This document shows, piece after piece, positions 60,714 through 64,000 of a DNA stretch of 64,000 nt. Numbering within the stretch: position 1 is the first letter of the stretch; every line of letters begins with the position of its first letter. The notes beneath the pieces are model-generated. The model was not told where the DNA came from and searched no databases. It worked only from the letters and a program-made list of their open reading frames with translations. Position numbers and translations under genes: made by a program. The DNA lies in NCBI GenBank assembly GCA_964427615.1, contig CAYRUR010000001.1:50425-114424 (forward strand), in the 5' to 3' direction. The stretch is from an uncultured Gammaproteobacteria bacterium (GTDB lineage Bacteria > Patescibacteriota > Microgenomatia > Levybacterales > GWA1-39-11).

Positions 60714-61397
60714 TTATTGTTTTACCCGGTAAAAGTGTTGATAAAGTTCAACTAAGCGTACTTTGTCATCTGTAACTCTACAATCACTATCTCCATTTGA
60801 TTCTACTGCCTCGAAACGAATATCGTCAAGTTGTCGTTTGACAAACAAAATATGTCCTGGATAACCAAGATTTACTCCGATATCTCCTGGTTGCAATTTT
60901 TCCGTGTTTGGAATTTTGACAAACGTAATACCTCCAAAAGTATAACTATTTTCAGTTACTGCTCCAGCATAACCTTGTTTAAAGGTATCGGTTGTGCCAG
61001 TAATTAATGAAGTTACTATTCCTATAAATCCCAGACATTGAGTACATCCATCTGCAAAGCTTCCTTGTCTACGTTGTTCAAATGTTCTGATTTGTTCTTC
61101 TGAATATCCGGAAGAGAGGAGCTGATCATGCAAACAATTATTTAAACCTACTCTTGCGTGGGTATACCCTGCAGAACATTTGTCATATGCAAGTTTTGTA
61201 GCAATTGCAGCTTTTAAAATGTCACTATTAACTCCATCAAGGGCGGGTGGAAGAACTGCTGGATCTCCGACACTAGTTCTGACTGTCTCACTTTTTTGCG
61301 TAGCAGCCAGGGCAGGACTTACTAGATTGAAAAGTAAGATAACTGGCATGATGATAGTGAATATGTAATTGTACTTTCTCATTGTTCTTGTAACCAT
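60714..61397 (-). CDS. Secreted CHAP-like cysteine amidase/peptidase
   Basis: Signal peptide; QCLGF, PGDI, GHILFV and VESN (Cys/His/Glu layout); start uncertain. Confidence 0.6.
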   Translation of the reverse strand: MVTRTMRKYNYIFTIIMPVILLFNLVSPALAATQKSETVRTSVGDPAVLPPALDGVNSDILKAAIATKLAYDKCSAGYTHARVGLNNCLHDQLLSSGYSEEQIRTFEQRRQGSFADGCTQCLGFIGIVTSLITGTTDTFKQGYAGAVTENSYTFGGITFVKIPNTEKLQPGDIGVNLGYPGHILFVKRQLDDIRFEAVESNGDSDCRVTDDKVRLVELYQHFYRVKQ

Positions 61398-61957
61398 TGT
61401 TCTGCTCGTTCTTGGATAAAGGCTCTATCTCCCCAATTGATATACATGTTTTCAGGTTTTGCTCCGTGCTCTTTAAGAATAGTGTAAATGATATTAACTG
61501 CTTCTAAAAAGGTACTGCGCTCTTCTGCATATTGAGCGTGAGTAGCAGGAATTGTGTAGTCAATACCACCTATGTATACAGGTAGTACCCATGGTCTTGT
61601 TTCAAGTCCATTAGTTGAAATAATAATGTCTACTATTCTTCCTGTTGAAAGCGTGTATGGTCTTTTGATGGGCAGATAGGGTAACACTTTTTTGATTTCT
61701 GCAGTAGAGGCCTCTACTTTATCTTCGTTTGTATTTACACCCCCTCCTTGTGATGAGGGGATAGTGGGAATGGTTCTAGTGCTTGGAGGTGGGGTAACTT
61801 CTTTTAAGAATTCTCTTCTGAAATAAGGAGAAGAAGTAGGAGTTGGAGTGAGGTTGGGTTTTTCTGATGTATTTTGCGAGCGAAATAAACTAGAGATGAT
61901 GTAGAAAAAGAGAAAGAATATAGAAATAAAAATGATGATATAGATTGTCTTTTTCAT
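61379..61957 (-). CDS. Single-TM Pro/Thr-rich hypothetical protein
   Basis: N-terminal TM helix and PTPT linker. Confidence 0.65.
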   Translation of the reverse strand: MKKTIYIIIFISIFFLFFYIISSLFRSQNTSEKPNLTPTPTSSPYFRREFLKEVTPPPSTRTIPTIPSSQGGGVNTNEDKVEASTAEIKKVLPYLPIKRPYTLSTGRIVDIIISTNGLETRPWVLPVYIGGIDYTIPATHAQYAEERSTFLEAVNIIYTILKEHGAKPENMYINWGDRAFIQERAEQWLQEQ

Positions 61958-61963
61958 TGTGTA

Positions 61964-63961
61964 TTACTGAGCAAATCTACTAACTCCTAGCATAGCTGAT
62001 GCTGCTCCAAGTCTTCTATCTAGTGTAGGGTCGCAAGCGGTAAAATCAGCACAGAAAATGATGAACATTTGCTCATGCTTTCTATCATACAGGTTCATAA
62101 CGTACGTGTCATCTTCTCCTGTAAATTCTGGAGGGCAGTAGGCATAAGGAGTAGGATATCGAGGGTTACAGTTAGCATTACCCCCACCGTTATAGTAGGA
62201 AAAAGACTTTACGAGTGCTGCAAAATCAGCTGGTACTTCGCCTCCATTTTTCCCTTTGAGATGATTTCCAGCATAAATAGCTGAGTCAAGTAAAGTTCTA
62301 AAGCCACATCCTCCTCCTGGCAGAGGAATGGGCTTGCCCGGTCCAGCTCCTTGACTGCAGCCTCCACTGATGACGATATCTGGTTCATTTTGACCAATTG
62401 TTCTGCCACTGACTAAAGATTTATCAGGTCCCATATTTCCTTCCCGGTAATGTAGTCCTGCAAGTACTTGCCAGGGTACTCCTGTAGCTTCTGAAGCTTG
62501 CTGGTACACCTCTACATTCGAAGGATGGGTTTTATAAAGGAGTTCTGCAACTTCTTTTTGAGCGGCATCAGCTTTTTCAGTCGATTCAGTTGCAGGTAGG
62601 AAAGAAAGGCCTGTTGCTGATCTGCCTATGCCAGCAGCTCGTGCTTCCAGGTAATTATCAATTACTGTATTATCTTCTGTAGGTTTGAGTACAATATGCA
62701 GGGTGTAGCGTCTGGTACCACTCAATTGGTTAAAGCCAGCGTTGTATACCCCTGCGATGAGATTAACAACTTTTTGTCTGTTATAGTAACTGGAACTCCA
62801 ACTCTCCATACGATCAGCAATAGAAATGACTCCATTGTTATCCACATAGGTCTTAAATTTTTTTACCACAAGATAGGTGCCAATAGCATCATCTTTGAAT
62901 AAAATACCTGCGAGCTCATGCGATCTTCTATCCCCTGCTATGTACCCGTTGACGATCATATCTATAGTTACATCAGAGGGAAATTTGCCTCCTTCAAAAG
63001 TGATTGCTTTGCTTCTGGTATCGCGTGTTTTTGACTGATCAATTACCCGTTGTCCAATAGATTGAATAGAGGTACTGGCAGGATACATCTTCTCAATTGC
63101 TTCTTTTAGGTTCTCAATTTCATCACGAGGGTGATTACCATACCCTACTTGCCATTCTCTGCCAAAGTAAGGACAGGGAGAATTGGGGTCAAAATCGCTG
63201 TCATTGCAGTTGTCCATATACGTATTAAAGTGATCCTCAATCCAAGCCCACATACTTGCCAGGCCTACCAGCCCTGCGTCAGAATCAATCATCTCTGCTG
63301 CTTTGACTGCATGAGGCATAAAGTATGTTTTGTAGCGCGCTAGTTCATCAGGGGTCATAGCAGTGGGAGTGGTAGGAGCAGGAAAGCCATAGCGTTGGAA
63401 TAAGGTTTGAGGAAAGGTATTTTTGGCACTAGCTGATCCTTCTGCGCCCTCCGGTTGGAGGCTATTGAGCTTCCAGATAATATTGGAAGCATTGACGGTG
63501 TGCGGTTCTGTAGCAGAGACAAATGTGGCATTGGAAGGAATAGGATCAATAATCGTAATATCATCATTACCGGTATAGGTGATGTGAGCCACATACTCAA
63601 TATTTTGCCCATTATCTATTTTGTTTGGTCCCGTAAGCGAGATCGTCAGCCCGGGAATACTATCTGCAGTGTCTTCTTGGTCATAGTCTCCAGTAATAAA
63701 AAGAATAAGTATGATTAGAAATAAAAATAGAAAAAGTAAAAAGATAATGCCTCCAATAATGAGAATTGGAGCCCATACCTCACTCGTTGCAGCAGCTGTT
63801 CCAGCAGTCCTTGCTGCTGTAAAGGCAGTACGTGCTCTTTTTAGTTTGTTAGCAAGATTTCTGCCTCTTCGGAGTGTGTCGTATCCTGATTTGATTCTTT
63901 CGCCTGTTTGCTGCCTTCTTTGATTTCGTTCTTCTTGTAGTTCTTGATCTTGATTATCCAT
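61964..63961 (-). CDS. Membrane-anchored protein with DUF11-like Ig domain and lysozyme-like (SLT) domain(s)
   Basis: Ala-rich N-terminus and TM helix; IEYVAHITY..ITIIDPIP; YQQASEATGVPWQVLAGLHYREG...YYNGG. Confidence 0.7.
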   Translation of the reverse strand: MDNQDQELQEERNQRRQQTGERIKSGYDTLRRGRNLANKLKRARTAFTAARTAGTAAATSEVWAPILIIGGIIFLLFLFLFLIILILFITGDYDQEDTADSIPGLTISLTGPNKIDNGQNIEYVAHITYTGNDDITIIDPIPSNATFVSATEPHTVNASNIIWKLNSLQPEGAEGSASAKNTFPQTLFQRYGFPAPTTPTAMTPDELARYKTYFMPHAVKAAEMIDSDAGLVGLASMWAWIEDHFNTYMDNCNDSDFDPNSPCPYFGREWQVGYGNHPRDEIENLKEAIEKMYPASTSIQSIGQRVIDQSKTRDTRSKAITFEGGKFPSDVTIDMIVNGYIAGDRRSHELAGILFKDDAIGTYLVVKKFKTYVDNNGVISIADRMESWSSSYYNRQKVVNLIAGVYNAGFNQLSGTRRYTLHIVLKPTEDNTVIDNYLEARAAGIGRSATGLSFLPATESTEKADAAQKEVAELLYKTHPSNVEVYQQASEATGVPWQVLAGLHYREGNMGPDKSLVSGRTIGQNEPDIVISGGCSQGAGPGKPIPLPGGGCGFRTLLDSAIYAGNHLKGKNGGEVPADFAALVKSFSYYNGGGNANCNPRYPTPYAYCPPEFTGEDDTYVMNLYDRKHEQMFIIFCADFTACDPTLDRRLGAASAMLGVSRFAQ

Positions 63962-64000
63962 AATCTACATCTTAGGCAGAAGGATTGGGAGTTGGTGTAT

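Noticed and set aside
2260-63923. Many short ORFs antisense to or nested within long conserved genes in the ORF track
   Set aside because: They lack motifs and overlap well-supported genes, so they are treated as shadow ORFs.
1-64000. CRISPR array, rRNA genes or stop-codon reassignment
   Set aside because: No regularly spaced repeats or rRNA-like sequence were seen, and conserved genes are intact under code 11 with TGA used as a stop.

Overview
This is a low-GC bacterial chromosome segment using genetic code 11. Gene content and compactness suggest Patescibacteria/CPR, probably Microgenomates-like (inference). 1-27.8 kb is core: flippase, rnhA, DUF4012, two class A PBPs, O-antigen ligase, rpmH-rnpA-yidC-jag, gap-gmk, pfkB-fba-rpiB-rpe, a P-type ATPase, comM, dnaG-rpoD and a second sigma70. 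At 27.8-28.5 kb is a tRNA-Asn(GUU) split in its anticodon by a group I intron carrying an HNH ORF. 28.4-44.5 kb is an island integrated at the 3' end of that tRNA. It holds one intact and two broken large serine recombinases and at least five downstream copies of an att-like site (GGAGCCA core). Each copy carries, on the minus strand, a recombinase C-terminal tail (W-L-x-x-x-D-x-I/F-R). These sites split the island into units, two of which hold a single gene, like a cassette array. Cargo includes an AAA_14 ATPase, DUF4238, a MoxR-type AAA+/vWA pair and two HEPN-like proteins. At about 46.1-46.4 kb is a convincing oriC (DnaA boxes, DnaA-trios, AT-rich unwinding region), 11 kb from dnaA. 46.5-60 kb holds GH8, PIG-L, truB, sodA, a stress/two-component cluster with a shared CTTAC-N6-CTTAC promoter motif, folC, CIRCE-clpB and dnaA-dnaN. 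60-64 kb is a secreted peptidoglycan-hydrolase operon. All family calls come from motif recognition by eye, with no database searches.
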